A stretch of DNA of 64,000 nt from Octopus vulgaris (Eukaryota): NCBI GenBank assembly GCA_951406725.2, contig OX597814.1, positions 72,292,001 to 72,356,000 on the forward strand, given 5' to 3'. Of the stretch, positions 27,401 to 41,471 are shown piece by piece (positions within the stretch are counted from its first letter, which is position 1; each line of letters starts with the position of its first letter). The notes under the pieces were generated by a model that did not search any database, had not been told where the DNA came from, and saw only the letters and a list, made by a program, of their open reading frames with translations. The translations under genes and the position numbers were made by a program.

Positions 27401-30400
27401 GTTTTATTCAAATCATATTAATCTGAATTATAACATTCAATTTCTGTAAAATATCAGATGTCTGTTAAACAAGAAAAAAACATTGTAATAAAACTGTTTA
27501 ATAGATGTAAACACTGTGTCAATATGAATTATAACATAAAATTTCAATATAATATCAGTTAATTGTTAAACAAAACATAGGTATAATACCTATAAACAGT
27601 TTGTAGAAATATATCCATGTATAATAAAGGCTGGGCCATGTTTCCTGGCTTGACTATTGGCTCTCCACTCCTCTGTATAGGGGAAAGCATTTAGCAGCAC
27701 CTCAGATGTCTTCTTGATATCCAGGTTTATGAAGACTTTCTTCCCCAGGGTGTCACATTTTGAAGTGTATCAATATAGGCATGTGCTTCAATGATATTCT
27801 ATCTGGGGAAAAGGCTACAGAATAGTTAAGTGATTTGAGCAACATATTGAAAGTAGACCAGTAAAGAATAACATTTATGATAGTATAAATAAAAAAAGTT
27901 TTTAAGCAAACCAGTAAAGAATGATATATTTAAAATTTGGCAATAAATGTATTTATTTATAGAATACTAGCAGTATCGCCCGGCGTTGCTCAGGTTTGTA
28001 AGGGAAATAACTATAAAGCATTTTTAGAGAGTTATAGCCAAAAAATAGCAAAAAAATGGAAAAAAATGATGGTAAATTTTTTTTTTAGTTAAAAAAGGTG
28101 GAGTTGCGTCCCCTAGACAGTTTGCGGTTTGGGTTTCTGATTCTCGACCCCATGTCGAATTTATCGATTTTTTTCAGAACTGGGGGAACTTTTCAAAATT
28201 TTCGCTGCGTTAGTTTTGAATTATGACATTGGGCTATGTGTGTGTCAAGTTTCATCAGAATCGGTTGAAAGCCGTGGTCAGGGTGAGGGTACAAGCAAAC
28301 AGACACACAGAAACACGCACAGACAAACTGCCGTTTATATAGAGAGAGATCTTATAGATAAAATGTGTACAAAATGTTTAATGGATACCCTCAGGGTTTT
28401 TCCACTCTGAAAGTCACCATCTGGGAATGTTTAGTCTCATACTCTTTTCCTACTCTAACCAAAATTTACTTTGTATGGCCATAAAAATAATCTTCAGTTA
28501 TTTACTTTGCTGTAATTAATATACTATCTGATTTCATTTAGAATTTTTGGCTGACATTGAAGTAGTGAGAGAGTGAAAGGGAGGGGACAGGGCCTGTTTT
28601 CACCTTTTAATGTTAGAAGAGTTGTAGTTGTGTTGGGAAACATTATATACACTGTACTTAAATATGACACTTTTTTTTAAAGTTATGCTAACATCATATA
28701 AATGTATACACCAGACTTCAATAACCTCTTTTGGCTTTAGTATATATTTTTCTTCAGTAACAAATTAAGGAACACTCTAATGACTTTGAGAGACTTAGAT
28801 TTAGCAATTTTAAATTTTAAAATAGCATGAATGCATGGTTAAGCAATTTGCTTTGCGACTAGATTGTGCAAGGTTTGATTCTACTGCATGCACCTTGATC
28901 CACCTTGGGCCAGTATGTTTAAGAAGATTATTTTCCCAACTCTATGATCCCAGGTTCAGTCCCACTGTGTGGCATCTTCGGCAAGAATATTCTACTACAC
29001 CCTGAGGCCAGCCAAAGCCTTGTGAGTGGATTTGATAAATGGAAACTGAAAAGAAACCTGTTGTGTGTGTCTACACACACATGAATGTGGATGTGTTTGT
29101 GTGTATCCTTGTCTTGACATCACATGATGGTTGTAAATGAGTATCACTGCCATATAAGTGGTGCTATTCATTTCCATTCTTCTCTGAAAACCCTGTCTGG
29201 TCATGGAGAAGTATTACATTGCTTGGAAACCAGTAAAGATTCACAACAGGATGGGCATCCAACCATAGAAAATCTGCCTCAACAAATTCCTTCTGATCCA
29301 TCCAAGCACAGAAAAGTGAACATTAAAATGATGATGACAATGACGGTGTTATTGTTGTTTTTGGGCAAGTGTTTCTCTTGTGTCATAAGTCAACCCAAAT
29401 TGTATGAATAGATGGAAACTATAGACACCCATCTGCACCTGTAATTCAAATGTTCAGCTTTGCCACATAATGTCATACTGATTATGCCCAAAATTTACAT
29501 TAAGGATACATATGTCTATGGAATACCCAGACACTACACATGTTAATCGAATAAGTAAGTTGTCCTTTTGAACAAACAACTGGACACATTCACTGAAATC
29601 AGCATGAGTCCATCATATCATTTGTTAGTGTGTGTGTGTGCATGCATGCACATATATGCCAGGAGGTCTAACCCATGCCAGCATGGAAGACAAGCATTAA
29701 AAGGTGATGATAAAAATGCATATTAGTGAGCCACAGCAGAATCAGTCACAAATAAAAATGCCTTATATTTTGTTCAATATCAGTTACTGTTTTACAGTCA
29801 AGTTGCTATTCTACCTTATGAGTTGACAAACTAAGTATAACACAATTATTGGAATTAGTATAATCAACTAAAACCATTTGAAGGTGATACCCCAGCATGG
29901 GTACAATCAAATGACAAAATCACAGTTGTTTGAATATTTGGGGGGGGGGGGGTCATGGATTTCTTTTGACACAAAGCTAATTATTCAAAACTGTTGAATT
30001 TGAGCATAAAACTTGCAATAACTTAAAGTCACTCTATTTCTGTGCAGTAAAAAGAAATTATTAACCCATTTCTTTACATAAAACTTTTTGAAATGAACAA
30101 TATTTAATAATGTTAAAAGAAATATGACCTGTCATGGCTGTGCCGTAAAAAGTTTGTTTCCCAACCACTTGGTTCCAGATTTAGTCCCACTTGCCTTTGG
30201 GCAAGTGGCTATTACTATTGCTGTGGGCCAATTAAAGCCTTGTGATTGAATTTGGTTGACAGAAACAGAAAGAAACCCATCGTGTGTGGGTTAGTGGGTG
30301 CTTGTTACTCTCTCCTTGCCTTGACATCGCATAGTAATTGAAAATGAGTGTCACTGTCATGCAAATTGTTCTTTGTTTTCAGACTTCCATTAAAACATAT

Positions 30401-31396
30401 CTGGTCAAGGGGAATATTATCTTAAGAATTTGTGACAGAAAGGGCATCGAGCCATTGAAAATTCGCCTTCATAAATTCCATCTGACCTATGTGAGCTTGG
30501 GAAAATGGATGTGACGCGCACACACACACACGCACATATTCTCTTACTTTTTTGTATGTTCCATCAGAAGGCAGACATCTACTAGCCTAAGTGATACTGC
30601 CATTTACAATGGTAAACAGCATGCTTACTTCCAATAGTTTGTGAAGTGCAAGTTGGGATGGGACAGTAATATCATATGGCATAAAAGCAACCATTTTCTA
30701 TTACAACATTAATAATAAATATGAGAGACAATTGATCTTGTTTCTGGCTGCCCAGCCCTTGCTGAAAAGGAGTACCTCATAAGACATGACAGACTAGGGT
30801 AGTACATCCACTGGAATGCTTGTAAATACTACAAAATTAAATCCCATGATAAGTGGTACAGGCACCATCCAGAGGATGTAGTAAATGGTGAGGGCATCAC
30901 CATCCTTTGGAACTTCCCAATACAAACAGACAGATAAATTGACTCCAATCGACCAGACATTGTGATCGTGGACTACAACAGAGGAACTTGTCTGTTAATT
31001 GATATGTCTGTCCCACAAGATCAAAATGTCTCGAGAAAGGAATACAAAAAGCTTTCTCACAATAAAGATATGCAAATTGAAATCACAAAAATGTAGGAGC
31101 TTAGTACTACAATAATACAAATAGTAATTGGTGAGTTGGAAATGATAAAGAAGGGGGCTGAGAAGTGTATTAAGCAACTCCCTGGTAACTCCAATATCTG
31201 TGAACCTTGATGGGTACAGCCCATAGACTACGGAAAGCAGTCTCCATCTAAAATGGATAAATGAGGTGATAATTTTAGCATGCATAGCAAAACAAAAGTG
31301 CCCTTGCTACTCTTGGTCTCCAGAGGATGCCCAGTACTAAGGCTGCTGAAATAAAGTTATAATGAAAGGAAACCATAAATAATAATAATAATAATA

Positions 31397-31430
<34 letters not shown>

Positions 31431-34400
31431 GACTAAAATAATCCTTTCTGCTGGAATCTCAAGGTCTCATATTTGGAGGAAGGGATTATGTTGATTACGT
31501 CGACCCTACTGCATAACTGGTACAAATTTTATTGACTCTGAAAGGATGAAAGGCAAAGTCAACCTCGGCGTAATTTGAACTCAGAACATAATGGCAGATG
31601 AAATACTACTAAGCATTTCATCCGGCATGCTAACGATTCTGCCAGCTCACCACCTTCATAAAGACTAAAATAATACCTGTTGTCATAGGTGTCCTAGGAA
31701 TGATAACAAAAGGGGCTGATTGCTACCTATTTCAGATACCATGAAATCCAGAAATGGAAGAAATCTTTTTAAAAATAGTGCTTATGAGAATTACTCATAT
31801 CCTAAGAAAAATATTGTCTATGTAATTCCCAAATCATTTTAATCTGTAAACATTATCAAAAGTACTTTTAAATGTATATAATAGCAAACATCTTTTACTG
31901 TCATCTTAAGATCACACCATCATCTTATAATCATATTACTTTTAAAACAAACTTCTAATTTTCTTTAGTATTGACAGACATTCTCTAGAACTAAACTCTG
32001 TGCAAAAATATGGTACCCTAGTCATGGCACCAATTTGAACTTCTTGCTGTCTCTTGAGGTCTCTGGATGAGACTTGGAGTCAGCTTGTACAAATACAAAG
32101 CAAAAACCAGACATATAAAAATAGTCCTTTCTATTAAAGGCACAAAGCTTGAAATTTTTGGGGTGGGGACAAGTAAATTACATTGACCCCAGTGTTTCAC
32201 TGGCCCTTAATTTATTGACACCAAAAGTAATAATAATAATAATAATGATAATAATAATAATAATAAACCAAGAAGTGAAATCAACAAAGGTGACCCTTAA
32301 TTTATTGACACCAAAAGTAATAATAATAATAATAATGATAATAATAATAATAATAAACCAAGAAGTGAAATCAACAAAGGTGACCTGCTAGAAAGAAATA
32401 CTGCAGTTTGGAGTTTCTTTCAACTAAAATGTGTTTGTTGTTATAAGTTGAATGAAAGCAGAACGACCATTTCCATTCTCAATGAAGAGAATGCATGATT
32501 ATTTTGCTGTGGTTGCTTTAGTCCTTAAATAGAGGGGAAGTAACTTTTATTTACATTATTTACATTTGATGGCTGATATACATTCCAGCCTTCATCAGGT
32601 GTTTTAGGGAAATTTCGAACCTGGGTTCTCATTCCTAAGGTATTTTTCGATGTTGTTATTGTTGTAATCGAACTTGGAATCTTAGGGTTAGTAGACTGCA
32701 CACTTAACCACTACACCATATGCCCATGGGCAATTATGGAGTCAATTTTAAGGCTTATAAATCTAATGTCATATCTAGCCCTTTTGACATCAGGACAGTA
32801 TTCCAAGAGTAATACAACACTTCGCAAATATCTCCTTCAAGTAAAATCACCAATAGAAGAGAATATGACCAAAGACTGCGTGTACTCCATCCCATGTAGC
32901 TGTAGTAGGTTATGCAAATGTGAAACATGCCGCCCCCTCAAAATAAGGGTAGACAAACGTTGCAAAGCTGTGATATGAGGAGATATTGATAAATCAGGTA
33001 TAGCTGATCATGTATGAAAAAATGGAGACCATCTCCCCCTGTGGGGTGAAGATAAAATAATAGACAGAGAACACCACTGGAAAATATGAAAACTAAAAGA
33101 AGTAGACTGAATGCAGATATAAGTAGCATATGGGAACCAGTATTAAGGATATAAGTAGCATATGGGAACCGGTATTAAGGATATAAGTAGCATATGGGAA
33201 CCGGTATTAAGGATATAAGTAGCATATGGAAACCGGTATTAAGGATATAAGTAGCATATGGGAACCGGTATTAAGGAAGGATAGGAAAATATTAGATTTA
33301 TAAACCCTAAAATTTATTCCATAATTGCCACCGCCAACAACAACAACCTTAGGAATGAGAACCCAGGTCCAAAATTTCCCCAAGACACCTGATGAAGGCT
33401 GGAGGGTATATCTACTGAAACGTGTTAACAACAAGATGAGGACAAATATCCGTAAATGTAAATAATGTTCGTAATTCCTCATCTCTTAAATATAGAACTG
33501 AAGTAACTTTTGTTTAGCTTATCAAGTTTGGAATATTGGACTTGACTACATTTTAAGTGAGAGCAGTTTTTTTTTTTCTTCAAATTGATAAGGAAGGATA
33601 CATTGTATGACTTATAAGTTTTTCTAGACTGATAATTGAATGTGGTATGGATGGCTAAGATCTATAACATTAGGAAGGCTACTCAGACTTATGGTAGAGT
33701 GTAGTAAGGTTGGGAGTATTGGAAATGTTAATGTTTTTTTTGTTTTTTGTTTTTTTTTTTTAGTTAACAGAAGAAAAGGGAAGATATTCCAGAGAGAAGT
33801 AAATCTGGAGAGGCAGAAATAGGGAAATTGTGACACATGATTGTTAAAATGCAGTAGGGTTAACTCTACTGCATTAGTTATATATATATATATTGACAGA
33901 GCGGCTAACCGGCTTCCATGCCAGTGGCACATAAAAGGCACCATTCGAGTGTGATCATTACCAGCTTTGCCTTACTTGCACTTGTGCCCTGTGCTAGTTG
34001 GGTTCTAAGAGCACCATCCGAGCATGATCGGTGCCAGAGCTGCTAACTGGCTTCCATGCCAGTGGCATGTAGGAGGCACCATTCGAGTGGGATTGTTACC
34101 AGCATCGCCTTACTGGCACCTGTGCCGTTGGCATGTGTAAAAAGATTCGAGCGAGGCCATTACCAGTACCGCCTGGCTGGCTCCCATGCCGGTGGCACGT
34201 AAAAGCACCCACTACACTCTCAGAGTGGTTGGTGTTAGGAAGGGCATCCAGCTGCAAAAACTCTGCCAGATCAAGACTGGAGTCTGGTGCAGCCATCTGG
34301 TTCGCCAGCCCTCAGTCAAACCGTCCAACCCATGCTAGCATGGAAAGCGGACATTAAACGATGATGATGATATTAGTTATAGAACTAAAAGATATGGCAG

Positions 34401-34773
34401 TATAAAAGTCAGAAAGAAGATATGGGGCGCACAGGACCAATAGTTAGTGCATGTTTGAATATAGATTAATAATGTGTAGATTTCATGCATATTTCAGTAT
34501 AGGTTAACAATATGGTTGTTGGTTGATAATATGTTTGTTACACACTAAAATGTGGATAGATTTATAAAATATAAAGCATACCCTTTAACATAGTATCATG
34601 TGTTGATAAATGTGGTGGTGTACCATAGGAACTCTATACTATAGTTTAATGGGCAGACTCACAGAGGTGAAAGACTTCATATCTGTGATGCACAGGTGTT
34701 ATTAACTACCCTACATTTAGAACCTAAGTTCCACATAATATATAATATAATAGTAAGAAATGTGTATATAGGC

Positions 34774-34839
<66 letters not shown>

Positions 34840-34840
34840 G

Positions 34841-34886
<46 letters not shown>

Positions 34887-35264
34887 AACCTTATCTTAGT
34901 TAAAATATGTTTGTGACATATCTCAACTACTAAAGGCAATTTCACTGCATTTACCATGGAGAAGAAATTATTTCTTATGGTAAAAAGGTGTAAAAACACC
35001 ATACCTGTCCAGTGCTTTGTCCATCGAAATTCTCTCCCTACTTACTCTAAAGTGAGAAAAATAATGATAATCAAGTAGGTCTTGGAGTGAGTAGAGAGTC
35101 ACAAATCACTGAAAAAGTTGCAAACAGCAATGAAAGAACTTTGACAAACAAACAACCAAGTAGTTAGTTGGTTAGATATTTAACCAATTGGCTAATAATA
35201 ATAAAGAAATGGAATTGAACCTGTGCATGTATTATTATTATTGGCATAACAACTCTCCCAACGC

Positions 35265-35296
<32 letters not shown>

Positions 35297-38200
35297 CTTA
35301 CGAGTATGAATTAAAATATCTAGTAACATTATGTTTCAGCAGTTGACTGACAGAATCATCAGAATGGCAAGTTTTCAGTTCAAATGTCACTGAAGTTAAC
35401 TTTGTCTATTAGCCATTTTGGTGAAATAAAGAACCAATTAAGTACTAGAGTTGATTTAGTCAACAGTAGAGCCTACATTCCCCTCAAACTGTGAGGTGCC
35501 AAGAACAGGCGAAGTGATATATAGCTTGGAAAGGAATGAAGGGTGCTTGTTCTGATGATTGTATATTGTGAGTGTGCATAAATAGCAGAGCACAAATTAG
35601 TTGAGAAAACGATTAGGTTGTAAAGAAATCTGAAGAATGATTATACTGACAAGGACATATGATGTATGTGGAGAATGACAATTGTGTAAAAAAAATGTTA
35701 AGCAAGTGAAAAAAACCATGTTGAAGAGTAGGTAATAAAAGTTGATCTGTGTCATCAGAATATAGTAAAGATGATGACAAAAAACTCTGCAGAAATGGTA
35801 AAATGCTGCTCCAAAGATGACCTGTCCAATCCATGCAAGCCTGGAACAAGAGACAGAGAAGATGGGAGCATGGTGGTGGTGGTGGCAGTGGCAGCGGTGG
35901 CGGCAGATTACATAAATTTCATATAAAGTATATACTTCATTTAATTGGCTTGACCACTAAAGTGAAATGTTCTTGGGACTTATAAGTTATATTGAATATT
36001 GTCCGGAAATCTTTCATCACACATCTGTGACCTCTTCAGCAAGCCTTTTCATCTTCATGTGTGCTCTTGCTCCACTTACTCCATACTGTTGAATAGTCTC
36101 CCTTTAATAGATTTTTACAATGACATAATGAATTTACATGTGAAATTTGACTGATGACTGCCATCTGTGGTTGTTTTTAGTTTAAGAGGCAGAGAGAAGC
36201 AAGGTTTTCTAAAAAATAAAACTGGGGTGAGAAATTTCCCTCTAGGGAGAGAATCACTGAGAGTTTTTTTGTTTTTGTATATTTATTTTATGTTTTTATA
36301 TAATTCATTCCTATTTGCTTTTCTTTCTTTTTCTTTTGCAAGTAGATGCAGATAAATTTAGATTTATTTCATTCTAAAATTGGAACTTCTCAATGCACTG
36401 CAACTTGAGATAAAACTACATGGTCCTTTAAAACATTTAGGAACTGTATAAACGATCAATTTTACTTTTCTTTTTTTTTTTCCTTTCTTTTTTAAAAATG
36501 GTACAGAGATGTGAGAGAAAGAGGGCATTAAAAACCCCTGAGTCAATGACAATTGAGATTGCCATTAACATTATATATAGTATAATTGATATTTTCTATT
36601 TTCATAACAAAACTACTTTATACACCTGCAAGAAATATATGGAATAGAAATGAATGCTGAAAAGCAAAATAATACTAATCTATTGAAAAATAATGATAAC
36701 CAGTACAAACAAGCAGAAAATAAGCAATCCAATTAAAAAAATCAAACAAGTTGATGACCTAAAATATTTGAAAGAAGTATACTAAATCACAACAACCTCT
36801 GTGAACTTCACTATATTAGACCTTCTTGGATAATATATAAAATTACTATAGCAATAATTATTCTTGTTCTTTTTTTAAGAACAATAGTAATTTCTTTGAA
36901 CTCTAGGTGCTGGAAAATAAGAAAAAGATTATGGCTTTTAAAATGAAATGTTTTAGAAAGATGTTTCTCATTAAATAGAAATTATTGGAAAGATTACAAA
37001 CCATGAAATGTTCCTGTCAATTATTAAAATGCAGAAAGTGACATATTACAGCTACCAGTGATGTGTGAACATACTACCAGTATGAGGTATTGGAAGACTG
37101 CACAGAGGTGGTTGAGCAACATCAAAGCAAACAGAGCAGGGAGGATGGTGGAAAATATGTAGTTAACTGATGACAGAAAGATGGAGGGTGGAGGTTGTCT
37201 CTCTTGCTGTACACCTATGCCTTCCTCAGACTATGAATGGATTGGCTTTATAGATTTATATTATTGTCTCATAGCAAAATGTTTTTTGGAACACAACCAC
37301 TGATCTGTGAGGGGGTAGGGTATATTGTTGATTAAAATGATTTCAGAATGTCTGATACTTTCTGTTTAAAACCTCACCAAGAATTAAAATTACGATGGAT
37401 GACACAACACTAAATGCACAACTGTGGTGTATGCGGGAGATTTGAAATAAGTACACCTACCTTCTCTTCGTCGATGCAGACTTCTCCAGCAATAATGCAC
37501 CCTTCCACGTGGCCCGACCTGAATGCTAGAAATAGCAACTGCTATTCCCCTACCTTGACAAAGTGCTCACACATCCAGCTCTGTCCGCTACCCCGATTGA
37601 AAAGGCCCAATGCTCCCTTGCCTGTGCGCGTGTCACTCCTGTCCCTTCCTCTTCCGGTCAGCCCCAAGTTCCGGTCAGTTCCCCAGCTGCTGACATCATC
37701 CCACAACAACATCACTTCAGTCTCATTCTCTACTTTTCTGCTAATATCCTGATAAGAATTATATAAAACTACTTTGTAGTCAATGTAGATGTTTACAATA
37801 TATTTATCTGGACACTATTGTTTCTCAAATATTTTCTTGTATTTTTACTCAATTCTACATATATTTCTGATTTTTATATTTACAGTGCTCAAGGTTTACG
37901 TCCTGGGATGTATGGAACCTTACTAGCTGGTTTTGAGTGCTCTCAAGGAAGATATCCACTTTCATTAGCATTTCTAGACTTTATTTCTAGCACATTAATG
38001 GTAAATTTCCATTATTATTATCAAAATGTTTTGTTCATTAATGATTGTAAGCATTATATGTATGATTTATATATAATTATTTAGCATCATTGCAGCAGCA
38101 AAATATTCTTCAGAGTTTGACATGTATCTTCTTGTTTATTAAAAACTATAACATGGTTTGATCTAATAGGAAGGTGGTACCCAGTACATTCTGCTGTTAG

Positions 38201-41200
38201 AAAGGGCATCCATCTGCAAAAAGCAAGCTGAAATGTAGCATAGAAGTAAGATGTGGCCCTCTATCTTATCTAGGAGGGTAGTAACTCTGAATAAGAATTG
38301 ACTCAGGCCATAACAATCCATCCATAACATTCCAGCATAGAAAGCAAATATAAAATGACACTGATGGGAACAATGATGATGGCTTCTTTATTGGTTTCAG
38401 TTGCTGGATTGTAGCCATGCTGGGGCACCACCTTCTATAATGTCCTTGATTACATTTGGCCCAGTACTGTTTTAATAATTATTGATAATTAAATTATCAA
38501 CCAATGAAGTGTAAAAAACAAAGTGGCTTGAGTGGAATTTGAAGTTGTAAAGGTAAATAACCAAATATGCCAAATGATTTTGTCTCATGCTCTACCAATT
38601 CTGCCAGCCACCTTAACTAGATTGAATTCTTGTTTCAGAAATGTTATCCTCATTCACCTTACACATGAATAAATTTGTATAAGATGTTACACATTTCTTT
38701 TGTTTGGTTGTAGAGAGCTTGTTACATTTTAGTATCACAAATTAAACAAAATCCATATATTCATATTAATATATTCTGTTGAGAGCTTTTAAAATAAAGA
38801 CTAAAATGAAGCTAAATTCACTTCCATCAATTTCTTTTTCCAGGAACTGAGTCAGCTCCCTGTTGACAATGAAATGTCAGCAACAGTACTATTCATCCTG
38901 ACAGAAGTATTCCCATCATTCTATAAATGGAGATATTATAATGCCACCAGAAGAGAAGCTATAGGTAATTAGAGCTTAAATAACTGAAATCAATATTTTT
39001 AATTTAAAAAGAATCCCTTCTTTTCATAAAGTTTAGTGTAAAAGTTATTCTTCATAACAAAATAGTTCTGGACTTTTGATGCTAGTTTACTTATACAGGT
39101 GAGAAGTGAGGAATATTTTAGTAACACTTGCAAAATACATAAAAATAAATTGCTAAATTGTAGAAACGAAAAGAAAATCAAAAGCCTTTACTTTATTTGA
39201 TACAAATTTTTAGCACATAAGATGATTATTGTTTTCTGTATTTGCATTATGTATTAATCCACAGAGAAAATGGTAAATTCTGTGAATGTATAGTTCTTAA
39301 GAGAATATTTGAATTCTTATAATAGATTTTATATCAAAATATAGCTGACATTTTATAAAAAGTTGATTATTTAAATTAGACATGTCTGTCATATTCTGTT
39401 AAAAATATTTTATGTCAACTATGATATTCTATCTTAGGTCACAAATGCCTGGAGATTTTCCACAATATTCTGGATGTTATGGCTAAACCTAAAATTGATC
39501 AAGCAAAAAAATTGTAAGATAAAGCTTAATTTTATTGATTTGAAAACTTTTCACTGTGTGTATGTGTGTGTTTGTGCACGCATGTTTTCTCTCTTTACAT
39601 TTTTACTCTTCTCTTAATAAGTAACCAAGTCATTGTATTATTTTGATAAATTGATTACAAGAAACCGTTAGACAGTGGAAGTGCTTTTTCTGTTTTCAGA
39701 CCCAGTCTACAAGAAATGTGCGTGCATAATTTATTGTATACTGAAGCAGGTCAGTCTCTCTTGAAAGTCATATCTATAGGTCTTGATGCATTCAATGACA
39801 GTTCTTGTGAGCAGAAATGGTAAGCTATTTTGCAAAATTTATAATCAATTTATAATCAATCTTCAACCAGTATAACTATATACTTATTAGCAATGCTTAT
39901 GTAACTAGAATAGATTATAACCTTGCCCAAATTCACTTTTTTTCCTTGTATTTTCAGGTCTACTGAAAGCAAAGGTAATGACTTGATAGACTTAATTCAG
40001 ATGTCTTTCTCAGTGCTGAATAGGTTATTATTACTAAAACCTCCTGATCTACCTTTGTCTCCAGTGGAGCGAGCACTGTCATTACCAGCTGCCAGACAAC
40101 AAGAGCAGCATATAGTGCTCACGGTTGCACAGTATATATTCCATCAACATTCACCTAAACTACCAACAATGGCTATCCTCTTGCTCAAACGACTTGCTGT
40201 GGTCAGTTTCTTTATACTATCAAAACTTTTATGATTCAAGTTTTGTTTATTTTTGATGTAACTGCATATCTGAATTACATGTTTGATGTATTTAGGAAAA
40301 ATAAAGTATAATATCCTAAAAGTGGGAAGGGTCTTTGGTTGTGAAGCCACAGGCTAGAAATATTATGTCAGTATTAAAATTTGTGAAACCTATTAACCTA
40401 TATTAGCATTATAAATTGAATGAAGAACATTAAAAATAAAATGTGCAAACTTGAACAATTGTACAAACTCTTTTTCCTAAGCTTAGTAGTGAAGTTATCT
40501 CAAATAAATTACTTACATATGGTGAGGTAAAACATACAGATGTTCAGTCAGAATGTTAAAGGCCAATATTTTCACTTCCTTCACATACTAAATATTTTAC
40601 CATCAACAATTTCCAAGGAATTTTAGATTTAAAAAAAAAACTGGGATTAGGAAGAGTTATAAATTCTTTCTCTGAAGATATAAATTGCCATTAAAGGTTG
40701 TTTTTGTAGTAAACTTGTAAAAGATTAATGAATATTAGAGTTAGCACTATGAATGGCAGAATTACTAGTCACTGACATATAATTGTCTGCTTTTTTCAAT
40801 ATCAGGGTTCATTTCCTACCTTAAATAGTTTATAAATTCTGCAACTATGACATAAGAGACATTTCCTTGAGGTGGGGTTGAGGTTTGTAATTTAAGAATT
40901 TCATACTTAATGTGCTTTTTGATTAATTGGAATTTTTATGCTCAAATTAAATGCAGTTTTTTGCATCAGAATAGCTGTCTTTTATGGTTTGAATCATTAA
41001 TTTTAATTGAAATGCTATTATATTTCATAACAGGTCTCTCCAATGTCTATTCTTGCTATTTTGGGAAATGATGCAGAACCCATCAGAAATAAAATGTTAT
41101 CTCGGCTTGCTGCTTTAACTGAGGTTGGTTCTTTTTGTCTAAACCCATTTTCATGTTTGTAAAATGTCAGAAATAATTGTAATATCTAATGTTAGTAAGG

Positions 41201-41411
41201 TTACACAACAGTAACCTTAGTAACCTTGGATATTACAAGAGTGGGAAAAAGCTGCCAAGTGAACACCATAAACTTATGGTAGCCATTCCACTTCGTTAGC
41301 ATTTTATTTTATCAACCCCCAAAACTCATATTGCTTTATCAGGTGATATATATATTTTTCATATTATTCATCAAATGTAGTTGTCTGTGTGTGTGTATAT
41401 CTATCTATTTA

Positions 41412-41471
<60 letters not shown>

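Noticed and set aside
33116-33276. 32-bp repeats of CRISPR-like length
   Set aside because: Head-to-tail with no spacers; a simple VNTR inside a Penelope element.
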